This document shows positions 52,451 through 64,000 of a stretch of DNA of 64,000 nucleotides, in pieces. Below the pieces are notes generated by a model, which was given only the letters and a program-made list of their open reading frames with translations, ran no database searches and had not been told where the DNA came from. Position 1 is the first letter of the stretch. Every line of letters starts with the position of its first letter. Position numbers and translations under genes: made by a program. Origin of the DNA: Camelus dromedarius (taxonomy: Eukaryota); NCBI RefSeq assembly GCF_036321535.1, contig NC_087437.1:35590001-35654000 (forward strand), written 5' to 3'.

Positions 52451-53367
52451 TCAGAAACAGAGTTGCAAGCTGAATAGTGGAGTTGCTGCTTTCTGTAGAA
52501 CAAAGAAGTCTTTTTTTTTGTTTTATTGGTGAGATACCTAAATGTAAAATTGGTGGGGCTGTGGCAGAAAGAGAAGGACAGAAATGATAGCTTAAAAGTG
52601 AACTCTGGTGTCTAGCAAACATGGAGAAAGAAATAATAAAATTCTGTTCAACATTTCTTTGTAATAGTTTTCTCATGTTTTCTATGTATTTCATGTGGAT
52701 TCTGTTCTTTTACCATCGTGAAAATCTTGTGGTAAGCATTTGGGGTGAGAAAAATAAAAACAGGCTCATTTGGTCATCATTTATTGGGGAGAGGTGGAGC
52801 TGAGGCCGGACTTTGGGACTGCAGACTTCAGTCCTGTTTCCATTAGGTGATGCTCTTTCCTGCCAACTTCCCAGAAAATAACAGGAGAAGCCAATGAGCT
52901 GCTTTTACTGCAGCACGTACAGAAAATGTTAGAAAAATGACACTGTTGACATTATATGAAGAAAGGAAATCAGAAAGAGTGTTAATGTCTGTTGAAAGAA
53001 ATGGCCTCATTTTTTTCCTCCTGTGGAAAGAAAAGAGTGCTTGCCCTCTTGCTGTCTTCCTTTCTGTCTGGATCTTCCTGTCTCCCTTGCCTGTCTGCCT
53101 CCCCCCTCCCTCAAACGACAGACACATTCCATTCATAATATTAGATTCTCAGTTTATAAGTCAGGGAGCTATACTTTGGTGTAATTAAAATAAATTGATG
53201 TGAAAGAGACAAAAAAGAATGTAAATTATTTCTATAGGTTTTGAAACAGACAAGGTGCTTATAAACTTGGGGATGATGAAGAAAGTGTCTACCAAATACT
53301 TGCAGTCACTTGAGTGACGGAATACTTTGATTATCAAAAGGTAGTCATGTCATATTAAGCAATCTTA

Positions 53368-53606
53368 AGGTTACGAGGGGGAAATGGGGTGGGAAGAGAT
53401 AAAAATTGAGAGTTTAAGATTTGCAGATATTAACCAGTATATATAAAATAGATAAGCAACAAGTTTCTTCTGTACAGTACAGGGAACTTTATTCAGTATC
53501 TTGTAGTAACCTATAATGAAAAAGAATTTGAAAACAAATATATGTATGTATATGTGTGACTGAAACATTATGGTCTACAACAGAAATTGACACATTGTGA
53601 ACTGAC
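53368..53606 (+). mobile_element. Short L1 3' terminal fragment (younger lineage)
   Basis: 'ggttacgagggggaaatggggtgggaagagataaa...ctgactatacttcaattaaaaa'. Confidence 0.88.
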
Positions 53607-54789
53607 TATACTTCAATTAAAAAGAAAGATAGTTGTATTATAACCCCTTAACAAAACGTAGCTCTTGACAAAACCGATCTATAAACCAACAAATAACAGA
53701 CAAAACTGGAAGAACATTTAGATGTTTGATATTTGAAAAGGATAAATTATGAGGTATTTCAAGAAATCTCAATATTACGAATGTTGCTTCACCAAATAAT
53801 TCAGTCCCCATTATTAATTCAGTCCACATTATTGTTATTGTTTTTTTCTTACAAGTATACCATGATGAAGGTGCTTTGAGATGTGGTTTTTGTTTGCTTA
53901 ATTGAGTCACTAGCTCCTGTTTGACAACCTTGTAATGATGTGGTTAAATGTATGCTTCAGGAAAATTATAAATTATTATATCTCTTGGGCCTTAAGGGGA
54001 CCATGCAAGTGGTTGAACCTAAGACTATGAAGTCCAAGAATGTTGACTATCTGCTAAAACATATCTGGTTCACTCTCTTTTAAATGACCAGGTTTGTGAA
54101 CTAATTTAATATCACATTATTTGTAATAATTTTCTCTGGGTGAATAACTTTAAAAAATACAGACATTAGTAAAGTAAATGTGTTGATTTATCAAATCTTT
54201 ATAGCCATAATATGTTATAGGACAACAATGCTGTAATTGTTATTATAGAAAAATAGTAACTAGAACAAAAAAAAATAAAAATGCCAATTTGATAAAATTG
54301 TTTCTGGGACCAAGATATACCAATATCCCACTTACTCAGCATATAAAATTAAGAGTCATAGAATATAATATGTAATTATAGAATATAATTTCTGATATCA
54401 AAATATCCTTGTATTACTCCTAAAGTAATAAATTCATGTGGTTTTTGAACAGACTTACAAACATAAAAAGGTTGAGTTCCGAACATCTCTTGGAGTTAGG
54501 GAGAGGTTGGAAATCATATCTATTTGATTTCATTGTAAATCTAGGGCCTTTTGCAATATGATAGGCATTGCATAATTCTCCAAAACTACTCAGCACTGCA
54601 GTTGCAGAGTTAAGGCTTAAATCTAAAACTCTGCCAATTCTTTATAGTAGGCAGGAAGGAGTAGACCAATCTCTGGATATAGAATCTCAAGGATTCAGTA
54701 GGAGACATTCCCACATGGGCAGGCACATGAAGTATGAATGGTTCAAGTGCTGTTTGGTTTTTGTACATAATGCCCAGTAATGTACTAAC

Positions 54790-54990
54790 GATACCGGGTT
54801 ATATATTGGAGTTCAACCCAAGAGCAGAACCACTAAGACTTTTTACAAGGAACTGGCTAAAGCAATTGTAGGTGCTGCTAAGCAAAGCTGGGCTCTGTCG
54901 GGCAGGCAGTCAGGGAAGGAAGATGATGAACAAGGAGGCTAGAACCCTAACAGCATGAGCTGAAGCTTTGAGTCTCCATGAATTCCAAGG
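54790..54990 (-). mobile_element. ERVL LTR fragment (MLT2-like)
   Basis: 'gttcaacccaagagcagaaccactaaga...caaggaactggctaaagcaattgtagg...gggcaggcagtcagg'. Confidence 0.6.
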
Positions 54991-56939
54991 TTCATAAACA
55001 AATGTGTATGAATTACAAGTTGGACAACTACTTCTCATATACTTCGTCTTTCCTATTTATAGATTTTATTGTATTTTCCTTAATAAATTCTGAGTGAATT
55101 TTGTTACAATGCATCGTCTTTGAAATAACGTGTTGGCGTATTATGACTGTTGGAAATGCAGCAAATAAATTAGTGAAATTAGACATTTGACTTAAAGAAA
55201 ATGTACACTGGCTTCCACAAGAATATGATTCTCTGCATAGACTATATTGGGTGTTACTGTTGCCTTATAGGTTGATACTGGATGGTCCTGAAGAAAGGTC
55301 ATTGAAGTCCTTGAGAAAGGGGGCGGCAGAGGGTGGGCAAATTTTGTGCTGAGAGTAGGAAAATTATGATCTAGCATCAAATAAGGGACTGGAAAAAGAA
55401 CTCAGGGTTTCTGTTTCCTTGGCTTATTTCTAGTCCCTTGTATCAACTGTAAGGAAACACATTAATTCTGAAATAGTATGGGTTAAAATGTTAGAATGCT
55501 TTCAAAACTATGAAGTATTAAAAATGACTAGTACTTAAAATTAGGAAAGAAGCAGCTATGCTTTTCAAAGAAAAAAAGACCAATTTTGAGGTTGAAAGAA
55601 AAGTCATACTTAAATACTTAAGCTTTAACTTTCCATCAGTTTAAAGAGATACACATTTTTATTTCATTATTAGCATTTAGAAAAATGTGTTGAAAATAGT
55701 TAAAGTGGAAGATCCCAGGACAGTATCAGATGTGAATAGTCCAAAAGCATTTCTGCCAGGGTATTAGAAGCTTAATATAGAGAGAGCATGCATTGTGTAG
55801 CCTGGTCAAATATATAAAGGAAATGTTTCATACAAGTATTTCTGCAGTGAAGCTAAGAAATATGTATTTTGAAATTAAAATTTTAAGCTCACGTTAAGAA
55901 ATATTTATATTAAGGACTATATTTTAATATTTTTATATACAATATCAAGATTAAAGAGAAATCTAGATAGATGTACCCATAAACTGATTACCAAGGTGTC
56001 AGGTGAGGATGGTTTGTGAAATCTATTCATATGCAAAATAATGACTTAACTAATACAAATGATTCATATGCTATTTCAGATTCCTACTGTTTTGAGTTTC
56101 AGTGAAGAAGTAAGATTAGTTTTTATGTGTTTTTGAGTGATATAGCCTGGAACTTTTTTGAACATAACATAGGAGTGCTTTAAAATCAGTGCTTTTCACC
56201 TATGTTTATGTGCTTCTATAGGAGATTGATTACATTTGTTACTTAACCCTTAGAAAGGAAGACTGTCTGGTTGCAATAATGGCTAAGACAATGTTTCCAA
56301 AGAAAGAAATCACTCATATATAAGTTAAAGGAGCTTTGAAAAGTCCCTGTATAAATTAAATTAAATTTAATAAACTTTACTGCATGCCTCTTATTTACCA
56401 GGCAGCATGCTAAGCTCTGGAAATAGAAGATGATTACCATTTAGACATTTTAAAGAATTCTTAGTCAAATTGACATGAAACCAAAAAACCTGCAATATAG
56501 TGCGGTAAATCCTCTAACAAAGACATTCATAAGCCAAAGACTCAAGACAAGTAAACAGAGATGAACAGGAAAGAAGATTTGAATAGTGAGGCATGTTCAC
56601 AAAAGAAAAGGTTGTCATTCCTTCCAGCATTATATACTCAACATTGATGGGACCCGTGTGTGCTGCAAAGAATGAAATAGCAGTGATTTTTCTTGCATTT
56701 CAGCGTCGTTAATAAATGTGACCTTGTTTTCCTTGATAGAAGAAAAAATGTGCAGTTTATCCAGGAGCAACTTGTACTGGAATTAAAGATTCACTTTATC
56801 TTTATTCCAGGTGTAAATCTGCCTCTACTTAGTGACAGCATCAGCTGTTAAACAGTGACCTCCTATGTGTGATAGATTTCTTGACCTTCCTGTCTCTGCT
56901 TAGTTGAAATAATGCTTATTATAGTAAATAGAAATAATA

Positions 56940-57200
56940 ACTGTAATATAACATGTAATATTTACCGTGTGTTTATTTGGAGTGAGGCTCTTTGCAAATC
57001 ACTTTACTTATGTTACCTTATTTCATCCCCATAAGAATTCTGTAAAGTAGATAAAAATGCTATTTTCCTTTTCCAGATGAGGAAACAGCCATAGAATGGT
57101 AGAATCTATCTAAAGCCTCATACTTAAGGAGTGATGCCATTGGGACTGAAATTCAGATGTACTTGATAGCAAGGCCTGTGTCCTTAGCCGCTTTCCTAGA
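56940..57200 (-). mobile_element. MIR SINE
   Basis: 'ttttccagatgaggaaacag...gggactgaaattcag'. Confidence 0.75.
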
Positions 57201-57859
57201 TTTAATATATATGAACTCCCAAGCAGAAAGCAAACTATGGACAAGAAGGAAAACTTTAATGCAAAGTCTCTAATTGGGCAAGACTTACGGAATTAAAAAA
57301 TAAGAACAAAAAAAATCCAAATAGCTTGGATTTCACAGAAAACACTCCTTTCTCTCCAAAACATTTCCCTGTGTTTATATTGTATTTTTCCTTATGTTTA
57401 GCTGTATAGAACTTTACATAATTACCACTGACTCTCCTGTTGTCTCAGTGTCGTATGAGAACACAGTGAGCATTGTCTTTAGTGACATACAGAGAAAAAG
57501 GTTCTTTTCAAATTTCTCTAAATATTGGAGAGAAAACCAAGACTCAGGCCTAGTATTCTTGGCTTTGGTCCACATGCATTTCCATTATTCTATTTTCAGA
57601 AAAATTTCTAAGCAATATTTTCCATCTATCTAATCCATTATGATGACGAATTGGTTTGTAGAAAAATATTTACTCTTTATTCTAAGACATTTGGATAAGA
57701 ATGAGAGGCTAAATATTTCTCTGTAATGGTATTAATATTTAAATGGAATTTTACTTCATTTCATTACAATTTTAATTGAAGTGTATAGATGTTTTTATGC
57801 CCTTAGATTTATTTTGCATTTTGTACTTTTTTTCTTGGCTTATATTGAAAATATTAGTC

Positions 57860-58000
57860 TTCTACATTCGAGCAGTGAGATAGTATTCCTGTTTTACAGA
57901 TAAAACCACTGAGGCTTTGTTGTTTGAGAAATTTTGCCAAGATCCTACAACTTGCAAGTGGTATCCTGGGGATTTGTCATCAATCTACATTTTCCAAAGT
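57860..58000 (-). mobile_element. MIR SINE
   Basis: 'cctgttttacagataaaaccactgaggc...ttgccaagatcctacaacttgcaagtgg'. Confidence 0.75.
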
Positions 58001-58530
58001 TCCAGAAAGCCATTTCCCCACAGGAAACTAAGTTAAAATGTAGAAAACACTCTGGCTTTGCTTAATATGATTTTCACAAAGAAAAGACACATTTCTTTCC
58101 AAAACTATACAGAGAAATTTGTTCAATAACAATTTGTTTTAACTAGTCCTAAACTTGAAAATAATTGTTAGCTCCATTTCTGGGAAGAATGTCATGCTGA
58201 TTTCTGTAAAACTGGCATTTAGCACAGCTCACACTTGATTGTATGACATATTATCGAGCAGCTCAACCTCAGCTGTGCATAAAGTGGGTTTCTCTTCCAG
58301 TGGGATCTGGCAAGGTCACATTCCGTCCTTAGGGTTTCTTTCTTCTATTCATGAGACACAACACTGCTGCTGTATAAATTGTTGACTGTATCCCTCTGAA
58401 TTGACTATAAAAGTAACTGCATACTTGGCTATCAAATGCGATTTTCGTAAAACCAAATACAAAATAGGCCTTAGAAGGATAAAACTTTAGTGGACTGTAC
58501 CCAGGATGTTTTGAATGATAGAGACTGGGC

Positions 58531-58990
58531 ATGTAGTGGACATCTGTTGTTTTTGCCTGACTAGCTTTCAGTCTCCAGTCTTCTCGTAACAACTACTCAG
58601 TTTTCTTTGGGGAACCGTGTATTCTCCATTCTAAATTACTCACTTCTGACTCAAATCCAAGCCAGACCTTCCAAACCTTTTGAATGTGCATTATCCCTGG
58701 GGATTTTTTGAATCTATTGGAAAATGGAAGCTTTCACTTTGCTGGGGTGGCTGCTGTAGAGGGATGAAAACCGGGCCACCATTCTACTACATGTGGCGAT
58801 CATTCTGAGAAAGAAGCCAACACAGAGGCAAGCTGAACCAAGAGCTGGAAAGAGACAGGCTCCTAACATCATTGGGTGCACTGGTGCATCCATGCCTGAA
58901 GCCGATTCATGTCTTGGCTAATAAATTCCTTTGTGCTTAAGCCAGAATTAGGTGGATTTCTCTACTTGTTGATGTTAGAATTGACTATTT
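58531..58990 (+). mobile_element. Old MaLR solo LTR (MLT1K/L-like)
   Basis: 'tgtagtggacatctgttgtttttgcct...gaagccaacacagagg...ccatgcctgaagcc...aataaattcctttgtgcttaagccag'. Confidence 0.75.
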
Positions 58991-59379
58991 CATATAATAC
59001 TTCATGGGGGTGACTAGGGTAATTCCTAGATAGTTTAGTGATTTAGGACAAGTAGCTTTCGGTTCTCTGCAACAGTGGACACATTGAGGTTCATCAGCCT
59101 AAGACTGGAAAATATCCCATCTCATTAACTGTGGAATTCTTTGTCCTGGAGTCAGTTTAGAGACAATGTCAGACATCCAGACACAGAAGGCAGCTGTCAG
59201 TTTCTGTGATAAGGGAAAAGATCCTCTGGTCCTCAAACTGTCCCATCTATTCATGAGTCTTTGATGCTTTAAACTGGACATTTATAATTCGAGATAATCT
59301 TCAATGTGCAGAGCTAGTGCACTAACTTGAATCTGTGCTGCTCTGTACACGACTAAGAGGACGTCACCCTACTTTACTG

Positions 59380-59530
59380 TTTGTAACACTCTTTCATGCA
59401 TATCATCTGCACAGACCCTCACAATAACCTGGTAAGGCAAATCTTAATCTATGTTTCATGGGTTAGGAATCTGAGGAGCAAAATAACTTCTTCAAGGTTG
59501 CAGCGCTAATAAAATTTGTTTTCTGACTAT
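59380..59530 (-). mobile_element. MIR fragment
   Basis: 'ctcacaataacctggtaaggca...aggaatctgagg...ttcaaggttgcagc'. Confidence 0.6.
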
Positions 59531-60527
59531 TTAAAAGTCCCTCTGCCTACTCCCCACCTCTACCTCCCCATTATAAGAAACCTGACACCAGCATGGCTGC
59601 TGGGATTGGAGAAGTTTTGGGCAATGAGTCCTTGGTTATGTAGGAAATTGATGTCTTGAAATGAGGAAAACTCTTAGAAAGCAAGGCTGAGTACTTCAGA
59701 GACAGCATTAAGAATTTCCTAAAGTTACCCAGGACCAGCCATGACCCAGATGGATTTCTGAGGGTGAGGGTTTAGAATATTTGGAGTTAGAATCTGTATG
59801 TCTATATAAATTCTCTTTTAAATGGTCATTAAGCCATCCTTCGGCTTTCAAGATAATTACTTTTTACAGTCATTTGACATTTTTCTGTTTACATTTCTAG
59901 ACTCTAGAATTGAGAAATTTTGTCCTTTAAAATGCCTTGTAGTATCTGTAGAAATAGGAAAAAATCAAATCATTTTCGTTTGTTGAAATTTTATGAGCTT
60001 CCTGGAGACAATTTTCTGCCAACTCCAAACCAGAGTCTGCTTGAGACAGGGAAGGAACGTAATGACACCATGTCATGCCTTTTGTGTAAGATGATTATAA
60101 CAATTAGTGCCAGTCAACAGAGGCAGCTTTTCTGGGGAAGAAGCTTTTGGAGATTCTGTTACCTGAAAATTTGTACTAATGAGTGTAGGTCTCTATAAAA
60201 TGAAATGTACCTGTGTTAGGTATATGCAAGTATTTTCACATCAGTTACAGTAGAGTAGCTACTGTTGATCCATCTGCAGCATATTCCCCATGAGGTTTTT
60301 CTTAATTAGGCAAAGTTGGCTCACAAGGTGGGGAGGCATTAGCGTATGAAAATGAGTCTTCTGCATTTCATCTCATGTAACATTTAGGCATTTTGCAATA
60401 TTACTGTGATCACTGTTCATGGTATAACTTTTGGGAGACTTGAAAATGATCTATTTGTGGTTCATAATAAATTTGAGTGAAATTTTACTGCCCTTCATTC
60501 TTCCTAATGATAGAGGCAAAAATGAAA

Positions 60528-61215
60528 TGTGAGAGGATGGCCATGTCCCAGTCCCAGGCGAGTCCCTGGGATGTGCCCTGCCAAGTGAGGGTTCTTGGCT
60601 TTGAGCAGGAAAGAATTCAAGAGCAAGCCATAGTTGAGTAAAAGTAGGTTTATTTAGAGAGATACGTACTCCGTAGACAGAATGCAGGCTATTTCAGAAG
60701 GTCAGAGAGGCCACGAGGTGTGGGGGTAGTTAAAGCAAAAGTAGATTTACACACTACGTAGACAGAGTGTGGGCCATCTCAAAAGGCAAGAGAAAGGCCT
60801 AGGAGATACACATTATATAGGCAGAATGTTGGCCATCTTACTCAGAAGGGACAGCGGTGGCCTCAGAGCGTGAGGTCAGCTAGGAAAAATGATATTGGCT
60901 GCACAAGGTGTAGGGATTGTTAGTTTTTATGTGCTTGGTAACTTCATATGCTCACAAGTGGGAGGATTAGTCCAACAACTTTGGGGAAGGGGCTGGGATT
61001 CTCAAGAACTGGGCCATGACCCACTTTTTGACCTTTCATAGTCAACCTTGGAACTGTCCTGGCACCTGTGGGAGGGCCATTTAGCAGCTATTGTATTTCA
61101 ATGAACATATATTGAAGCTCAAGGTCTACTGGGAGTTGGATCTTCCACCATCTTGGTACTAATTGCTCTGTCATTCTGTTAATGCTTGTGCCCTGCCCGC
61201 TTCCATCCTGTCTCA
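60528..61215 (-). mobile_element. ERV1 solo LTR, MER41-like (688 bp)
   Basis: TG...CA ends with a 13-bp imperfect terminal inverted repeat (tgtgagaggatgg / ccatcctgtctca). Contains 'agggttcttgg...caggaaagaattc', a minus-strand AATAAA near 60650, three internal ~50-bp repeats and the 'ccatcttgg' motif. Confidence 0.8.
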
Positions 61216-61484
61216 CTAGTAGAATGAGGTTAAAAATATGCTTGAAAATATGAGGGTAGTTTGCAAAGCAGGAAACAAGCTTTCTGTTTAGTGCTTTCTG
61301 TTGTTTCTGATGAGATTGGGAATTTGGATGGGGCAATGGGAAAGGTGTGGTATCATTTTGTATCTATTTAGTTTAATATTAATCTCCATTCCAAATCTGT
61401 TGTAGATGGCTCTTTGATCTGCAGTGGGGTTTAGTGGGAGTTATACTTTTTTTAGGTAAGGAAAAAGGACCTAAAATAAACTTA

Positions 61485-61650
61485 GGAGTTTTAGAAGTAG
61501 GAAACCAGAATTTGAGACCCATTTATGTCATTCATTGGCTGGGTAAATGGGACCAAAATAGTTTATTCTCTGAGGATCAAGCTTCATATCTAACTGAGGG
61601 GATACAAATAGATGATCTTTAAATTTTCTTCCAACATAAATATCTATATT
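61485..61650 (+). mobile_element. MIR SINE (old)
   Basis: 'ctctgaggatcaagcttcatatctaactgagggg...tagatgatctttaaattttcttccaac'. Confidence 0.6.
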
Positions 61651-61899
61651 TTTATCAGTAAAAGAAGAAAAAGGCAACTTATAAATCATAGTTTATAAAG
61701 TACATGTGGGAATAAAGTGCAAGACCAGAGGAATGGTGATTTTCTTCTTTTTCTTTCATTCTTACTGAGGAAGCATTTGAGAGATTTTTAACTCCCACAT
61801 TATGTTTTTAATACATGAGTTAGATGTATGTTATCTATTTGTAAAAAGCCATGATGTTTTGAACCACTAATAAGCAAACTAGGCTTAAAGATGAATAAT

Positions 61900-62060
61900 G
61901 ATGACCTAACTTTCCAGAGGCCTTAACGTATGCCAGGCCTGGGCCAGGTGCTTTGCTGCATTCTCACATCTACTCTCACAACAAACCTATGAGGTAGAAC
62001 AACTCTTTAATACTCTCATGTACTTGGATGAAAGTATTAAAGGAGAAGAACTCATGACTC
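61900..62060 (-). mobile_element. MIR SINE
   Basis: 'tatgccaggcctgggccaggtgcttt...tctcacaacaaacctatgaggtag'. Confidence 0.75.
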
Positions 62061-62399
62061 TGTCCTTCCCCTTGTCTTGTAAGGAATGAAGATATTGTTT
62101 ATTTCTTTTTTTGTTTAGGTACCATCCAGCTTAAAATGCAAAACAACAACAACAACAACCCAAAAACAAAAACCAGAAAGGCAGTAGACAGAGTCATATT
62201 AGAAAGGACGTTTCTTCTGGACAAGATGGCTTGGTTAGTTCATGCTCAGGTACAGTAGAAACTTCAAACTCAGAGCAATGAGAAATAAAATATAAAAATA
62301 AAAACATAGCTGACAAGTCTGTATAAACACCTCTGTGGATGAGGAACAGACCAGAATCACAAAGAGTTGAGTAAGCAGATGCCGCAGGCTGGTTGGGAT

Positions 62400-64000
62400 C
62401 TGAGTCCAGAAACATTAGGTGAGAAACCAGCTCTTTCAGGGAAAAGAACATTAAAAAGGGCTCTTTGTGAGACTACAGACCAAAACCAGTTTCACTGATG
62501 AAAGTCAGAAGTTGAGTGACTCCCAACACCTTTCCCACTGCCCTGATCCAATTTCCCAACCTCGTCGTAAATGAGGAATAAGAAATGATGACTCAAAAAG
62601 TTGCTGACTTTTGTCTGAGGCTACCGCTTGATAAGCAGTCATGGACCTGCCTACCATCCTATTGCATCCCTTCTCCTTCCACCCCTAGCAACCAGATCTA
62701 AGATAATCCATGTAGTATTGTGGAAAAGGAAATCCACAATGCCATTATAAGATAAGATTGTGAAACTGACTTATAGGACCATGTGAGTAGAGAGAAAGAG
62801 AAAGAGGTAAAACTAAGCCAGAAATATGAAAGACAAATGACAACAGCCTAAATTAAAAATGAGTCTGAACCCCAAATTCCAAAATGCATAAATATATCTA
62901 ATAAGAATAACTAATAAAATGAACAACTAGGAATTTGTTTCAGATAAAAATAATTTTATAGGAAAGATGGCCAAATACTTAAAATAAATGTGTTTAGAAC
63001 ACTCACAAAGGTAAATAATAATTTTATTTAGATTAAAAAAGACAGAAAACAGGCATGTGTATATGTGTATATGTATGTCTATATTTTAGAATACAATTAA
63101 TAGTATTTGAATCCTGAGGAAATAATAAATAAGAACCTTTAGGAATCATTAAAGAATTCATAAGCTTCAGAAAATAATTCTGAAGAATTCACTCAAAATA
63201 GAAAAGAAGGAGACAAAATATAGACGAATATGAAAAGTATAGAATAGACATGGGAAATAGATGGAGAGGCTTCAAACATGTCTGATTCGAATTCAGATGA
63301 AAATAGAAATGAGATTAGTGAAGTGATAACTGAGGATATAATAGCAGAGAATTTTCCATAATTGAACAAAAATAGGAATGATTATTTAAAATACTGTGAA
63401 TAATACTATGCCAAATAAATAAAAGTAGACCTACAACTTGACACACTATTGTCAAACTACAAATTGTGGCAGATAAATGGAATTACTTTAAATATTTTTC
63501 AGACAGACATATTTCTTAACAAGGAATCTAGATTTCTTATAAGTATCTAGATTGATATTAAGCATTTTTTTCAACAACTGTAGAGACTAGAACAAAATAA
63601 ATTGGTATTTTCAGAGTATTGAAGGAAAATAATTGTCAATTAATTTTATTCCTGACTAAACCATCTTCTTATAGAGGAAAAACAAAACAAAATAAAACAA
63701 AAAGGAAATGGTAGCTGTAAGATTATAAAGACTACAGTTCAATAGCATAGTCACTAAACAATTATTAAAGGATTTTAATCACTTATAATGATTTTTGTTA
63801 AAATGTAAAAGTTTAAACCAAAATTCTAAAGTTTAAGAAACAAAAAAGTATATTGTGATAATGGAAAATTTAAATGTAAATAGAGAACAGTAACCTATTA
63901 AAATACACTATTATATTGCCTTCTATAATTTATTTACATGCTGTTCATAAGAGAGCTATAAAACTAAATCACACGTAGAGACTGAAATATAGATAATCCT
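62400..64000 (+). mobile_element. Ancient LINE-1 (L1M) 5'/ORF1 remnant running off the window
   Basis: 'ataatagcagagaattttccataattg', 'tattttcagagtattgaaggaaaataattgtcaa' and A-rich sense-strand composition. Confidence 0.7.

Noticed and set aside
56687..56851. Short open frame containing VVNKCDL, resembling the GTPase G4 (NKxD) motif, after an acceptor-like 'ttgcatttcag'
   Set aside because: No G1/G3/G5 motifs or partner exons are nearby, the downstream residues are not GTPase-like, and the donor is weak. Likely coincidence, and BLASTX would settle it.
60660..60870. Three ~50-bp repeats as a CRISPR-like array
   Set aside because: They are degenerate internal repeats of an LTR in mammalian DNA, with no unique equal-length spacers or cas genes.
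1..64000. ORF track entries as genes or a novel multi-gene system
   Set aside because: All are 125 aa or shorter, many begin at non-ATG codons, and they map to L1, MER82, MIR, L2 or simple repeats, or are of chance length. There is no operon-like or multi-exon structure.

Overview
AT-rich, strongly CpG-depleted mammalian (eutherian) genomic DNA, most likely camelid (camel/alpaca), judged from a Vic-1-like tRNA-derived SINE and several short L1 3' fragments. Well over half of the window is decayed interspersed repeat: LINE-1 of several ages (often nested or internally deleted), L2, MIR, an L3/CR1 remnant, MaLR/ERVL/ERV1 solo LTRs, and DNA transposon relics (MER82 x2, MER58, MER5, MADE2). I can support no intact protein-coding gene, RNA gene, CRISPR array or prokaryote-type system. 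The ORF track is explained by L1 ORF1/ORF2 remnants, simple repeats and chance. The window reads as a very large intron or intergenic region, and I cannot name a host gene. The points worth follow-up are a repeat-poor block at about 13.2-17.8 kb (enhancer-like motifs, a CpG-retaining patch, a well-formed 144-nt exon candidate), a MER41-like LTR whose STAT site has TTCN4GAA spacing, an L1 keeping both ends but lacking most of its interior, a poly(A)-only insertion with a 16-bp TSD, several perfect inverted repeats resembling template-switch footprints, and plus-strand AG|GT recursive-splice-like motifs. Repeat family names come from my recall of consensus sequences, and boundaries are approximate.
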